DNA from: Eledone cirrhosa
Taxonomy: Eukaryota
Direction: 5' to 3'
Length of the DNA: 64,000 nt
Assembly (NCBI GenBank): GCA_964016885.1
Contig: OZ024742.1
Span: forward strand, 179,118,001-179,182,000
Positions 41,331-54,663 of the stretch are shown in pieces; the stretch's first letter is position 1; each line of letters starts with the position of its first letter. A model generated the notes under the pieces. It saw only the letters and a program-made list of their open reading frames with translations, was not told the origin of the DNA and searched no databases. Made by a program: the position numbers and the translations under genes.

Positions 41331-41962
41331 CGTTGCACTGGTAGATCACATTACGGTCTCTGCATCTATAGTCGAGTGGGCAAATAGATCTATCCGGGCA
41401 GTTACACCTCCTGGTCGGTTCTCCACTGCTATTTAGGTTATTTCTGCCATCGGGGTTGAGTTTTTTGTTGTTAGAGGAGACGATGTTTTGTGCGAAGTTT
41501 GGTGTAGTGCTGTAAGAGAGTTTGATGGTATTTTTGTTAATTATGTTGTGGTAGCGGTGTTGTAATGGGAAGTGTTTTTCAATGAGCCTAAAGAATAGTT
41601 TCCCGATGGGAGTTGTCACCTCTGCGTTGTGGGGAGGATTGAACCATGTTACATTGCGTGAGCGGCGGTGTCTCCTGCTGGTTCCGCTAATGGGAGCTGG
41701 ACAGTAGGATATTTCCTCCCGGAAACCACTCCGCTTGAGGGCCTGGTTGTAATAAGGCGCATATTCATCGAATATCCGCTCATTAGCTGACAAACGGGAT
41801 ATGCGGAGGGAGATGTTTTTGACCAGGTTGTTTGTGATGTTCCTAGGATGGTTTGATCGGCGGTGGATGTAGTGCAGATTGTCATTAGGTTTCCTGTATG
41901 GGTAGTACAGGTCGTTTTCGAGGTCGAGGGTCACGTCCAGGAAGTTTACTCGGGTCAGGGAC
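41331..41962 (-). pseudogene. PLE reverse transcriptase C-terminus/thumb plus Zn-linker fragment
   Basis: ORF 41215-41934: DLENDLYYPYRKPND..HRRSNHP..WFNPP..IKLSYS..CNCPDRSICPLDYRC. It is 5'-truncated at the inversion junction. Confidence 0.88.
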
Positions 41963-41964
41963 GT

Positions 41965-42369
41965 TATAGATGCAGAGACCGTAATGTGATCTACCAGTGC
42001 AACGTGAGGACGGATACCTCCAACAAAGCCTATATAGGACTTACCGCATGTGACTTCAAGACCCGGCTATACCAACATAGACATACCTTCCGAAACCCGG
42101 CTCGGCGTCACGCCACTACACTTTCGGGCCACATATGGGACCTCAAGGACAACAACATCACCTATGATCTCACTTGGAGATTACTGTCCAGAGCCAATTC
42201 TTACACGGGAGGACGCCGTCCGTGCAATTTATGCTCGGAGGAAACTTTACAAATGCTGTTTTCGACGGACCAACTCCTAAACAAGAAAGATGAACTGGTC
42301 ACTGCATGTAAACATAGATTGCGTAGGACTTACCTCGCCCTCAAACCCCATAATGACCCGGGGGGGTAG
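41965..42369 (+). pseudogene. PLE GIY-YIG endonuclease domain (5'-truncated)
   Basis: RNVIYQCNV..AYIGLT..FKTRLYQH..TTLSGHIW..CNLCSEE..LLNKKDEL..CKH. Confidence 0.9.
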
Positions 42370-43478
42370 ACTAGGGCTATAACACCCCACTTGCCGATTT
42401 TGCAATGGGTAACCCCTGCTTGCCAAGGAAGACGTAAGATCTTCTTTGTATTCTTTTATCGCTTCCTTTATTTCCTTCCCCCCTCTCTCCTTAGTCCTTC
42501 TACCCCAGCTCTTCTCCTTTGTCGGCGTCTTTTCTCGCCCACCCGAGGCTGCCCTTTGGCCCCATGTAGCCTTAGTACCCCCACCACCCCCTCCCCTAGT
42601 CTATGATAGATTTGGCGGACTCCGCCCTTTATAGCAGTTGGCTTAGACCCCGGATACTTGCCCCCTTTTTCCGACCGCTCCCACTATTCTCGGTGCCCTC
42701 TATATTTCTTAGTGGCACTTATGCCTTATTTTTTCGTTTCAGTATTTCTTGCTTCGCTTTTCTTCTGGGCGGGGTGGATTCTGAATTTATTTCTCCGTAT
42801 TCTACCTTTATTTCGTACGAACTTTCATGTAGCTTGTTTTAGATCTTTTAGAGTTAGCATTAATATATATTTTTCTCGGGACTCAGAATTATTATCTCGT
42901 ACAAGTTCACTTTGCTGCACTGGGTCGTTGCTGGCCCGGGATGGAAACCTTTATTGTTTATTTCGTGGTAGTCTCTTTAGTATTTTGGCCCCTTTTGTTG
43001 ACCCGTCACCGTATCATTTACGTACTTATACCTCTTAAAAGGGTCCTTGCCTTATCCGTCCCACCTAGTTCTTTTACTTATTTCGTTATTCCTTTATTTA
43101 TTTATTTCTTTACTTCTTTCTTTCTTTCTTTATTTTATTCTAGCCTAACAATAGCCTGAGACCTAGGTCGTAGAATTTAATTTACTTTACTTTTTTCTTT
43201 ACACTTATTTGCTTTTCTTCACTCTCAGTATTTTTTCTTTCCTATTTCTACCCCCCCATTGTTCTACCTACCGTTCCGACTTCCTCCCCCTCCCCCTCCC
43301 CTGTATCTTCTTTGACCTCATGCCCAGCTGTAGCTGGCACTACCAACGCTTGATTGGGTCTACTCCACCCCCTCCCCTCTTTCTCCTACTGGCAGGTTTA
43401 GCCACCATCTCCCCTACTAATTTGCAACCACAGAATTACTACTGATTTTTGACAATCACTTTGACCATATATGGAATT

Positions 43479-43572
43479 ACCCCTAGAGAAGATCGACTAT
43501 TTAAATACCAGGATAAATTTTCATTTAGTCCAGAATTAGCCGTCGAAACGGCTTGAGCTCAGCTGTCGGGGT
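43479..43572 (+). ncRNA. Type I hammerhead ribozyme, variant core UAGAGAA (mirror copy 39924-40017, minus)
   Basis: ACCCC-UAGAGAA-stem II (GAUCGRCUAUUU/AAUUAGCCGUC)-GAAA-CGGCU[UGAGCUC]AGCUG-UC-GGGGU. Confidence 0.65.
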
Positions 43573-43794
43573 CTTACTTGTTCCTATTACCCACTCTACT
43601 ACCTCAAGTATCGAGTACTTTGGTGCGTTATGGTCCACCTGGTTCCTTACCACATTTCCTTCGTTATATATATATATATATATATTCATATATATATATA
43701 TATATATTCATATATATATATATATATGAATATATATTTATATATATATGAATATATATATATATATATATGAATATATATATATATATATATG

Positions 43795-43826
<32 letters not shown>

Positions 43827-43949
43827 TATATATATATATCAAAATATAGACCAGAAATTCACACGAAGATACAACACTTCAGTGACACCAGGTATAGTAA
43901 CTGCCAAGCTTCAACCGTTAAAAAATGTTCATACTTACATGGCTATCGG

Positions 43950-44320
<371 letters not shown>

Positions 44321-44685
44321 AGGATTGGTCAAAATTCGTTATATACGACGGATTCCTACATACTTCCCGTCTACCAAATTTTTGTCACAAGATTTTGTTC
44401 AAACCGAGGTTATGGTGGAAGGTACTTGCTCATGGTAACACGCCGTAATAGCACCAAACCAACTCATTAATCCCTAAACCATGTCTTCTCATTCATCCAG
44501 CTATCTATCTATCTATTGGTCAAACTGCGTCTGTCTATAATAACATACATAATACATTTGTCCAAAGTCCCGCGCAGTGGGACTGAACCATAAACCCGGT
44601 GGTTCCAAAGAAAATCCCTTAACCATATAGCCATTCCCATATAAAACGTTGTTTGTGGTAATATGTAAACCAGTTACATACATAC

Positions 44686-44811
<126 letters not shown>

Positions 44812-45218
44812 ATATATATGAAATTTAAGGAGGAACAAAGTAGTACATAAATAGACTTTAGAATTTCTCAAGGGAAAATACATGTGAAGAGATTTATTCA
44901 ACCTCATATAACATGTTTAATAAGTTAGAATAACCTCGGTAATCCTTTACTTAGCTTTCAACACTTGATATCACACTGAAGTCACATCTGTAAAAATATC
45001 CGAACGTTTTCATGCCTCATGCCATATGATATGACTACACAGCACACCAGATTTTCTCCATCGTACATATCACACTGTACCTTCTTTAACCTTTTTGATA
45101 CCCACGCGCCTGAAGCTGGCCCTGGTTCTACGATAGGAAATTACTTATTCTGAATCCTTCCATCATAATTTTATGTAAAGAACAATTTTTAAGTTATGCT
45201 CCAAACACCAACTTAATA

Positions 45219-45402
45219 ATTGTTTCTACTTTTGGCACAAGGCCAGCAATTACCCAGTGCATTACTGGTACTTTATTTTATCGACCCCGTAAGGATGAAA
45301 GGCAAAGTTAACCTCGGCGGCATTTGATCTCAGATCGTAAAGGGACGTAACTACGCTGGAAAGCATGTCCGACCCTCTACCGATACTGCCAATTCACCGC
45401 CC
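45219..45402 (-). mobile_element. SINE family 1 (older copies follow at 45425-45600 and 45775-45985)
   Basis: Similarity to 2456-2648. Confidence 0.8.
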
Positions 45403-47122
45403 TGTAAAAACACCAACTTAATGATTTCTAATTTAGGCACAAGGTCAGCAACTTACGGGAAGGTTGAAAGTCGATTGTAGTAACCCTCGTATATGACTGT
45501 TACTAGTTTTATCGATCTCGAGAGGTTGAAAGTCAAAAATGACCAAAAAAATACCGCTAAGAATTTTTGTCCGACAATCTAACGATTCATCCAATCCCCC
45601 ACCCTGTATTATCTTAATGATAAGTAAGTTAACCATATTTCTAAATTTCCTCAAATTCTTCATTATTTTCAAAATCATTTGAAAATCATAGGCAGTGTCT
45701 TTCATTATAAATATGGTAATGAAAAGGCAAAGAAACATCATACTTCATTCCTTTTCACGTTTTTAGAAATCAAGGGCGACGGATTGGCGGAGCTGTTAGA
45801 GCTTCGACAAAATGCTCTACAGAATTTAGTTACGGCCCTTTACATTCTAACTTATATCCCGCTGATGCCAGCTATTTCTTTCATCATTCAGGTGTCGATA
45901 AAATAAATTACCAGTCAAGTACTGGACTCGATTTAATCGACTTTCTCCTCTCCAAATTACTGGCTTTGTACCTATTTTAGAAATCTTTAGTTTTGTTATT
46001 CATTGGGCAAGTGTCTTCTAATATAGATTGGTGTTGAGCAAAGGCTTGGTTGATTTGGTTAGTAAGCAGAAACTACATCAAAGACCATTTCTGGTATGTG
46101 GTAATTTCTACAGACTCATGTTCCTTTAACATAATTCTTGAGAGATAGATTAAAATGTGGGAGATAGAATAATGTGACAATATGAAGGTGATTAGAGCGT
46201 TGGGCTCACAATTGCGTGGTTGTGAGTTGGTTCCTAGACCGGGTGGTGTGTTGTGTCTTTGAGAAAAACACCTTACTTCACTATGCTCCGGTTGACTAAG
46301 CTGTAGGTGCGACGTCACTGTTAAGCTGTATTGCTCTTTGCCTTTTCGTTGAACAAGGCCTGTGGCAAGATTTTACTTGCACCGCTCCTCATTCAGGAAT
46401 CCCGACATGAAAACTAGCATAGCCTTGGCAAAAAGCGTCTGGCAGCTAAAAGAAATAGGAGTACTGCATAATAAAATATAAATCATCCACGAACCTATTC
46501 CTCTCTGTCACCTATCCACGCACAAAAAATGTAACACACCACATCCACATACATATGCATACAACACTATAGATTTTTGAAAGAGGTTTTGGCCTTGTAA
46601 AATCACATTGCACACTAGCTTGAACAGATACAATTTAAACGTTTTTTTGCATGTTCAGATTTTAATTACTGGGAAAATTTTAGAAGAGATTTAAATGTTT
46701 GCAAAATAACTTGAATGCTAGATTACACACAAAGATGTATTAATACGTCCCTCCAGAATTTACCTCCATTAGTCCTCCCAAGGATAAACAATCTACCATC
46801 TCCGTTTCTAACGAACTCTTTTAAAGTGTTTAGGATTTTTAGATAATTATCATCTTATAACTTAAAGCTTACGTTTCAAAGTTTCTAGAGCCGAAAAATT
46901 CGGAACTCGTGAATTGCCTTTCTTGTTCTCGAAAAAGAACTCCCAACTCTATTAAATCCAAATTTAGTGGGCTATGGATTTTTTCGTAATCTTGACCTGG
47001 CGCCCGATAAGAGGGCAGCATTGAAATGGCTCCTCCGCTATACAATGGTGGCAATATCTGGACCCCGAAACATAAACCTAAGGTCACGCATACATGTTAA
47101 GTTTATGAAATTTTGAGTATAC

Positions 47123-47555
<433 letters not shown>

Positions 47556-47567
47556 ATATGTTTATAT

Positions 47568-48047
47568 ATAGAATAGAATTCGGATTTAGCTTCATGCATA
47601 GGTGTATACAGTATTGTATTGAAATTTCGTATTTCTAAAGAAATGCGGCATGTTTATGGATAAACATTTAGAAAACAGTAACTATGCAAAACACCGGGGC
47701 TATCACCCTCTGGTGGTGTCCACCAGAAGCAAGGGAGACGATCGTCAATGTATTTCGAACTTAACTGGTTCTCATCAGGGTGATCCCTCCCACACTTGCG
47801 ACTGCTGGACTTGAAAACAGGCGACAATATGTGATTTTCTCGTCTGTGTAAATGAGGTGAATAATTTTATTTGCATATGAAGCTGCATAAGTTGGATCAA
47901 CTTATAATAGAATTAGAATTAGAATTTAGCTTCATGTATACATATATGTATTAAAATTTCGTATTTCTAAAGAAATCGGTATGTTTATGAATAAACATAT
48001 AGAAAGCCATAGCTATGCAAAATACAGGGTCTATCGTGGTGTCCAGC

Positions 48048-48050
<3 letters not shown>
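47568..48050. repeat. ~150-bp direct repeats (47568, 47907) around a hammerhead core
   Basis: Minus strand CUGAUGA-GAAC..GUUC-GAAA at 47753-47778. Confidence 0.6.
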
Positions 48051-48132
<82 letters not shown>

Positions 48133-48293
48133 CGTATGGAGTTAGAAGGCCAGAACAAATAAATTTAAAGTAAAAGACTAATTGTCAGCAATATCTTTTG
48201 CATTTCTATTTATATTCTATATCCATACCTGCATTGTTCTGGCCTTTTAACTCCAAACGTGTATACGTAAGTACGCAATGCTTCAAGTAAACT

Positions 48294-48363
<70 letters not shown>

Positions 48364-48364
<1 letters not shown>

Positions 48365-50075
48365 TAGCATTAAAGCCCGGCATTGCTCGGGGTCATTAAG
48401 TTACCAAAGTTAGGTTGCACCACCCATTTTATGGCAGCACTTTTTTGTCTGCCAGGCACTGGGTGAATGAATTGCAGACCTGGAAGCATGAGCTGCGCCA
48501 GCAGTTACAATTGTAGTTTCGCCTATGGATATTATCTCTGTGCAAAAAAGTGTTGAAATTTATTCTTTCACAGTACTTGCGCAACACGCGCGTAGACGAT
48601 GCCAGCCGAACAACAGAGCTGCGATGGAGTTGTTCTGCATGGTTGTCTGTGTGTTTTCTAAATTTAAGACAGTATGGAGGGTTGTGATATGAGGGAGAGT
48701 TAGCTGTTGTTTCTAGCAGGTTTAGTAACCTCATAGAGGGTATGTGTTTTCTAAATTTAAGACAGTAGGGAGTTGTGTGATATGGGGGAGAGTTAGCTGC
48801 TGTTTCTAGCAGGTTTAGTAACCTCATAGAGGATATGTGTTTTCTAAATTTAAGACAGTAGGGAGTGGTGTGATATGGGGGAGAGTTAGCTGCTATTTCT
48901 AGCAGGTTTAGTAACCTCATAGAGGATATGTGTTTTCTAAATTTAAGACAGTAGGGAGTGGTGTGATATGGGGGAGAGTTAGCTGCTGTTTCTAGCAGGT
49001 TTAGTGACCTCATAGAAGATATGTTTTCTAAATTTAAGACAGTAGGGAGGGGTGTGGTATGGGGGAGAATTAGCTGCTGTTTCTAGCAGGTTTAGTGACC
49101 TCATAGAGGATATTATTGTTTATCATAAGGCAGATTGTTGTTGTTGTGTGTGTGCACATGTTCCATGTTTATACATTTGCACAATTTCAAACCGATTCGA
49201 CTCAAAGTCTGTAAGAATCCACGTTCGTTGAGAGGTTTTAAAAAAGATTTATCGCTTGTTGTTGAATAAATGTATCTGTTGCTTTTGAATAATTGTCGTT
49301 TCGTATGAAATGTAATAATTGTTTCTACTTTTTTGGCACAAGGCCAGCAATTACCCAGTACATTACTGGTACTTTATGTAATAATAAACGTTCTCTCTCT
49401 CTCTCCCCCTCACTCTCTTCTCTCTCTCTCTTCGGCAATCACGTACGTTGTTTAATTGCTTTAAATGTTGTTAATGAATAGTCGTGTATTTGTGGTTATA
49501 AATCCCGCACGTTGTTTAATTGCTTTAAATTTTTTTTTATCAATTTATGTGAGTGTGTGTTTGTATGTGTTTGTAAATAAATCATTAAGTTTGAAGCAAC
49601 TAAAAGTTAGTGTGGTTATAAATCACGCACGTTGTTTAATTGCTTTAAATGTTTTTTTTATCATTTGAAGTGAGTGTGTGTTTGTATGCGTTTGTAAATA
49701 AATCAGTAAGTTTGAAGTATAAAAGAGAAAGTAGCAAAATGTGTGGGTTGTAGATAGAGGGAGGCAGATGATATGAGAGAGTAAAACGGACAGTATCACC
49801 ATCAAACTTGGAAAGAGAAAGTAGCAGAAAGTATGAAGTTGTATAGATTTTGAATGGTAATGGATAGAGTTTAGTACTTTAAATGAGAGAGAAAAATCGT
49901 AAAATATTGAGTTTTATCTATTTTTTGCGTAATTGTGGGTGAAATTGAAAAAATTATCTGTGCCAAGACGCAATCGAAGCTATTTAGAATACTGAATTGT
50001 AAATTTCAATTGAAGAAATTCTATATCGTAGATTTCTATAACAAAGGAGCATGTCCATACACTGAGCTTTATAGA
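48364..50075 (-). mobile_element. Non-autonomous Helitron with internal minisatellites
   Basis: Minus-strand 3' CCCGAGCAATGCCGGG..CTAG|T at 48364; 5' A|TCTAT at 50075. Confidence 0.7.
48651..49112. repeat. 93-bp tandem repeat x5
   Basis: Unit TGTGTTTTCTAAATTTAAGACAGTAGGGAG...CCTCATAGAGGATA; gives a 31-aa periodic ORF. Confidence 0.9.
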
Positions 50076-50083
50076 TTATGATA

Positions 50084-50947
50084 TACGAGTTGGGTCAGAA
50101 AAGTTCCAGGACTGATGTCACAAAAGATTTATTTCAAACTCAAAATTCACACTAAGAGTTTTCTCCGTCAAAGTAATCCCTCTGGAGTATGTAACTGTAA
50201 TCTTAGCTCTCTGCAGCGATCAAACTTTTTTCTTTATAATTTTATATACATGTCCTCTGTTGCAGGTTGTCAAGCAATGAACACAGAACAACGAACAAAC
50301 TTGAAATCTCCGTCAGAAGCACTGGGATTGCTGCAGCAAGTGTATGGAGATGAGACGATGTCACGCTCACGTGTTTTTGAGTGGTGCAAGAGGTTTAAAC
50401 AAGGACGCGAGGACGTGGAAGATGACCCCAGGAGCGGAAGGCCCTCAACAACCAGGAATGACGTCAACGTTGAGCGCGTCAGGCAGATGGTGCGTAGCGA
50501 TCGTCGGCTGACTGTTCGACTGATGGCAAATGAGCTGGGCATGAATCGGGACAGCGTCTGGAAGATTCTCACTGAAGATTTGGACATGCGGTAAGTCTGC
50601 GCGAAGATGGTGCCAAAACTGCTGAACGATGACCAGAAGGGTCTTGAAACCGAACCAGACTTGCTAGGGACAGTCATTACCGGTCATGAGTCATGGATCT
50701 TCGAGTACGACCCGGAGGGGACCCGTTTTGAAGACGTGGACGACATCAAAAAGGCCGTGACCACGGAACTGCGGAGGATCTCGGAAGAATCTTTCCAGGA
50801 GTGTAGGCAAGCGTGGCAGAAAAGGATGGAAAAGTGCATTAGACTCCAGGGGGATTACTTTGAAGGAGAAAACTCTTAGTGTGAAGTTTGGGTTTGAAAT
50901 AAATCTTTTGTGACATCAGTCCTGGAACTCTTTTGATCCACCTCGTA
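50084..50947 (+). mobile_element. Internally deleted mariner transposon
   Basis: ~55-bp TIRs TACGAG..GTTCCAGGACTGATGTCACAAAAGATTTATTTCAAAC; TA TSD; HTH VYGDETMSRSRVFEWCKRFK..DDPRSGRP; VPKLL; ITGHESW; most of the DDD core deleted. Confidence 0.92.
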
Positions 50948-51070
50948 TATTGGGAGTGCTACTGTAAAGCCATACAAAAAAAAACAACAACATTTGGTGC
51001 ATTACATTTTCTGGTGATCATATAATCATATTATAACATGAACATTCCATATATGAAAGTGTATACTAAC

Positions 51071-52117
51071 CGTAGTGGATCGTGACAAGGTTTGGGTACA
51101 TTCTATGGTTCGACCTCTTGTACCACCTCCACAACTAGTGCTACACGAAGACCAGTTTCCGCTCTGCCATGATGGTTCACATAACTCTGTGTTACACGAA
51201 ACTTGTTGCTTGGTTGGTATAGTTGAATTATTACAGTTCTCTGCCGTCACTATAACTTGACTCTTGATTTTAACACAGACAACCCTCGTTTGTTGAAGGC
51301 CACCACCACACGTTCTCGAACATTCTGTAAACCCAGCAATTTTCCATTCATAAAGTTCCCCTGACTTTGAATTATCGTTCCTTAAATGAGACGTTTTTTC
51401 TGGAACAGATCTATACTTTAGATTAGTCTTCTCACTATTTTCAACGGATCTTGGATGATTTTTGATACTCAAGTCTCCAGTAACCGAAGAAGGAAAAGGT
51501 TTATTTTTATAATTTGGTGTTCTAGGTATTGTTGGCACTATTAAAGGAAAATGTTGGTTTATCCTGGGATTGTAGGCATGTCGATTATTGATTCGGTTCG
51601 GAATTATTCTGGAATAAGGCCTGTAATTGATTCTGTTGTAATCAGCCGGGTTACTAATAACTGGACGATGTAATCCTCGCTGCTGGCTGTTGAATATTTG
51701 TTGTTTAGTTCTGTTCTGTATTGGCGTTCGCACGGTCTCAGTGTTAGGTGGGGCAACAGGACGCCCCATTGGTAGATAATGTCTGTATTGTTGGTTGTTA
51801 TACGGAGGATTGCGATGGCGGTATTGTATTCTTGGCATTCTGTAATAATCTGTACGACTAAAGTTATGTACAGGTAAATTAGGTTTAGGCGGAACGTACC
51901 CTCTGCGTTGATTTTTACCGAAATTGTTCCAGGTGTATTGTGGTGAGCCATGTGAAAAGTATGGTCTTCGCCGCTCGATATTTTGAGGGTAAGGCTGTTG
52001 ATTTTGTGGTTTGTCAAATATACTAGTCCCTACATCTTTGTGGTGCTTGTCACTCTTGTTGTCTTTTGGTTCATTGTACAAAATCGTAAAACCTGGATTG
52101 TAGCTGTTGTACAGAAC
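51071..52117 (-). CDS. THSD4: ADAMTS-like (THSD4/ADAMTSL4-like) exon: end of spacer, ~245-aa basic N/P/R/Y-rich insert, TSP1 repeat and start of the next
   Basis: ORF 51026-52264 contains YEWKIAGFTECSRTCGGG and WQSGNWSSCSTSCGGG. Acceptor TTTACAG|GTT at 52117, donor ACG|GTTAGT at 51071, 1047 nt, phase 0/0. Symbol assigned from domain architecture only. Confidence 0.9.
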
Positions 52118-54460
52118 CTGTAAAGAAAAGACATAGAAAACGATATTTATTACATATCTTGTCATATAATTCTGTATTACTAACAAAAAGGAAAGAAGCC
52201 GGTTGGTCTTTCTATCGCTGACATTATCTGGGAGAAAGAGACCGGATTTGAACTCCCAACCCAAAGAATCAAATCAGATGCCGTAAAGCAAGCATCCTGG
52301 CCTAGGCATTTAACAATTCCACTCGTCTGTATTTATATATATATATATATATATAGTGTGTGTGTATGTATTTGTGTGTGTGTGTTTTTGTTTGTCTGTG
52401 TGTGTGTGTGTGTGTGCGCGCACGCGAGCGTGCGTGTACAAGTTTACTGTTTCTCTCCCGTAACTTTCCGATTCGACAGAAAGAGACCGATAAAATAACT
52501 CCCCCATTTGAAAAAAGTACCGGGTCAATGTGATGGAATAATTTTTTCTTAGCAGTCTAATGAATGAAATAAGCGAAAGTATGAAGTGAATATATTTCTC
52601 ATGATCTTTGCTATTGGTTATGTGTATGTACGGAACGTATTGTTAATTTAGTCAAGAGATGTGTCAATTATCTTTGGATGCCTTTCCAGATAAGTGACAT
52701 GGGTCGGCGTCAACCGATAGCCATCCTGAAAGTGCTTTTACTCCAGAATATTGAAAGAAAGAAAAATAAAGGACCATTAACCGTTGATGGCATCGCAGGG
52801 GCGCGCTTTTGACACACATTGGACAGGTCTAAACACAGTCGATTTCTTCCAGAGAAGAAGAGAGAACCAGAGAAAGTAATAAAGGTCGGTAGAGGAAGAA
52901 TCGATCTGAGTACTGGATTGATACTTTATTTATCGAGGATGAAAGGCAAGGTTGACCGCAACAGAATTTTAACTCAGATTACAGTCAGCCAGAACAAATC
53001 ACAATGTAATTAATCCGACACCTTAACGACTCATAACATATTGAACATAGAAATATCAGGTAAAAGTGTAAACTGTTGCTTTGTTTTCTTTTTCTTTTCT
53101 TAATTCTTTTATTTCAAACTCGCATCGTGAAAGCGTGTGTCGTAGAGTTTAGAGTGTTGAACTTACGATCATAATGTCGTGGGTTCGCTTCCGGGACTAG
53201 ATTGTGGGTTGTGTTCTTGACCATAGCACTTCATTTCAGGCTGCTCCAATATACTAAGCTGAAAGTGAGTACCAGTAGCAGTAGCTGGGACTTTATCCCT
53301 GCGATGGAACGGTGCCGCAGTCGCTTAACGCCGTGGAAATCGGGATAAGCACCTTCTTAATGGAACCCGGGTACGAGACATACTTTAGCCTATAGACAAC
53401 TTACATTAAACGCACATAGATTTTTATTGTCTTCAAAATAATGTCAGTAGGGATGGAACATGGAGTATATTCCGGTTCAAATGCTTGTAACAGAAAGAAC
53501 TCCGCTAAAGGCATCCACAGAATAGATGGTAATGACGGTCTTATGGAAAGCAGTCCTTTATGACACCCATAACATATATAGGTCATTGTCTTTTAAATAA
53601 AACGATAATGAGGGAGAAACATAGAACTCCGTTCAAATAGATGCAGCGGATTGGCCTCAGCCTACTGCATCCACTGCATCCACAAATCAACTGGTGGGGA
53701 TGATGATTTTAAAGAAAGCTCCATTTTATAATTTCCATATAAAAAACATCTGTTGGCTATTGCCTATAGGATGGGGCGGCGGGAATTCATTGAACCTGTT
53801 CTGATTAGGGTGCTTAAAATGTCTCGACTTCACAAACAGCATTCGTGCACAAGGTCGTAGGAATGGTGTTAAACAGAACAGTGTTTTAGAAACCCTATCA
53901 AAGAATACTTTTCGAGTTACTAATTTTATCAATAAATATTCTGTAAAATCTGCACATCTGCAAATTTTCTTACATTCAAATTCAAAATGACAGTAGAAGA
54001 AAGATAACAAAAGAAGTATGGAAGAAAAAAAAATGAATGAATGGCCCTAAACCATATGAGTTAGATTTCCTTCCTAGACAATTTAAATCTTTTGCGGTTT
54101 CCAAGAATTTTTTTTGTACAGTTTATACCACACTGTCTTCAATTCTAAAACACAAATAAATAATTTAAACAGTAAATGAATCTCTCTTTGATTCTTAATT
54201 TTTTAGTAAACAGAGACAACAACCATATCTTGTTAAATTATCTCTTACTATCTTTCTGTTTCTTTTGACTGACTCTCACTCCTTTTCTTTCACTCTGTCT
54301 CTGTGTGGCTGCTATACTATCTAACAGTAATTTCTTTTAACAACTTCCTGTCAACCGATTGTCCTCCCAAAAAGCAGCTTCCTGCAGCCTTTTTTTAAAT
54401 AGCATCGTTGTCCAATCACTTTCTTAAAATTACAACATTATATATTTTCCGAATAATAAT

Positions 54461-54663
54461 AATTGCTTCTAATTTTGATAGAAGGGCAGCAATATGAAGG
54501 GAAGGGAAAGTCGATTATATCGACTTCGGTGCATTACTGGTATTTTCTTTTATTGACCCCGGAAATATGAAAAGCAAAGTTTGAACTCAGAACGTAAACA
54601 ACTGTAACTATATGCCTCAAAACATTTTGTCAGACGCTCTACTGATACTGCCAATCCACCGCC
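54461..54663 (-). mobile_element. SINE family 1, diverged
   Basis: TTTGAACTCAG B box and CTGCCAATCCACCGCC head. Confidence 0.65.

Larger units (their letters stand above)
39910..43665. mobile_element. Penelope-like retroelement (Naiad-type), two 5'-truncated copies in inverted arrangement, within (TA)n
   Basis: 39910-41330 is the reverse complement of ~42166-43586. The minus copy encodes RT motif 7/thumb (VNFLDVTL..YRKP..SNHP) and a CxCx5Cx5C linker. The plus copy encodes GIY-YIG (VIY..YIG..CNLC..LLNK..CKH). Confidence 0.93.

Noticed and set aside
42004-42167. Spliced intron explaining the arm difference (GTGAG donor-like start)
   Set aside because: No 3' AG; a TGA microhomology explains the junction.
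48429-49013. 194-aa ORF with 31-aa repeats
   Set aside because: Read-through of a 93-bp minisatellite inside a Helitron.
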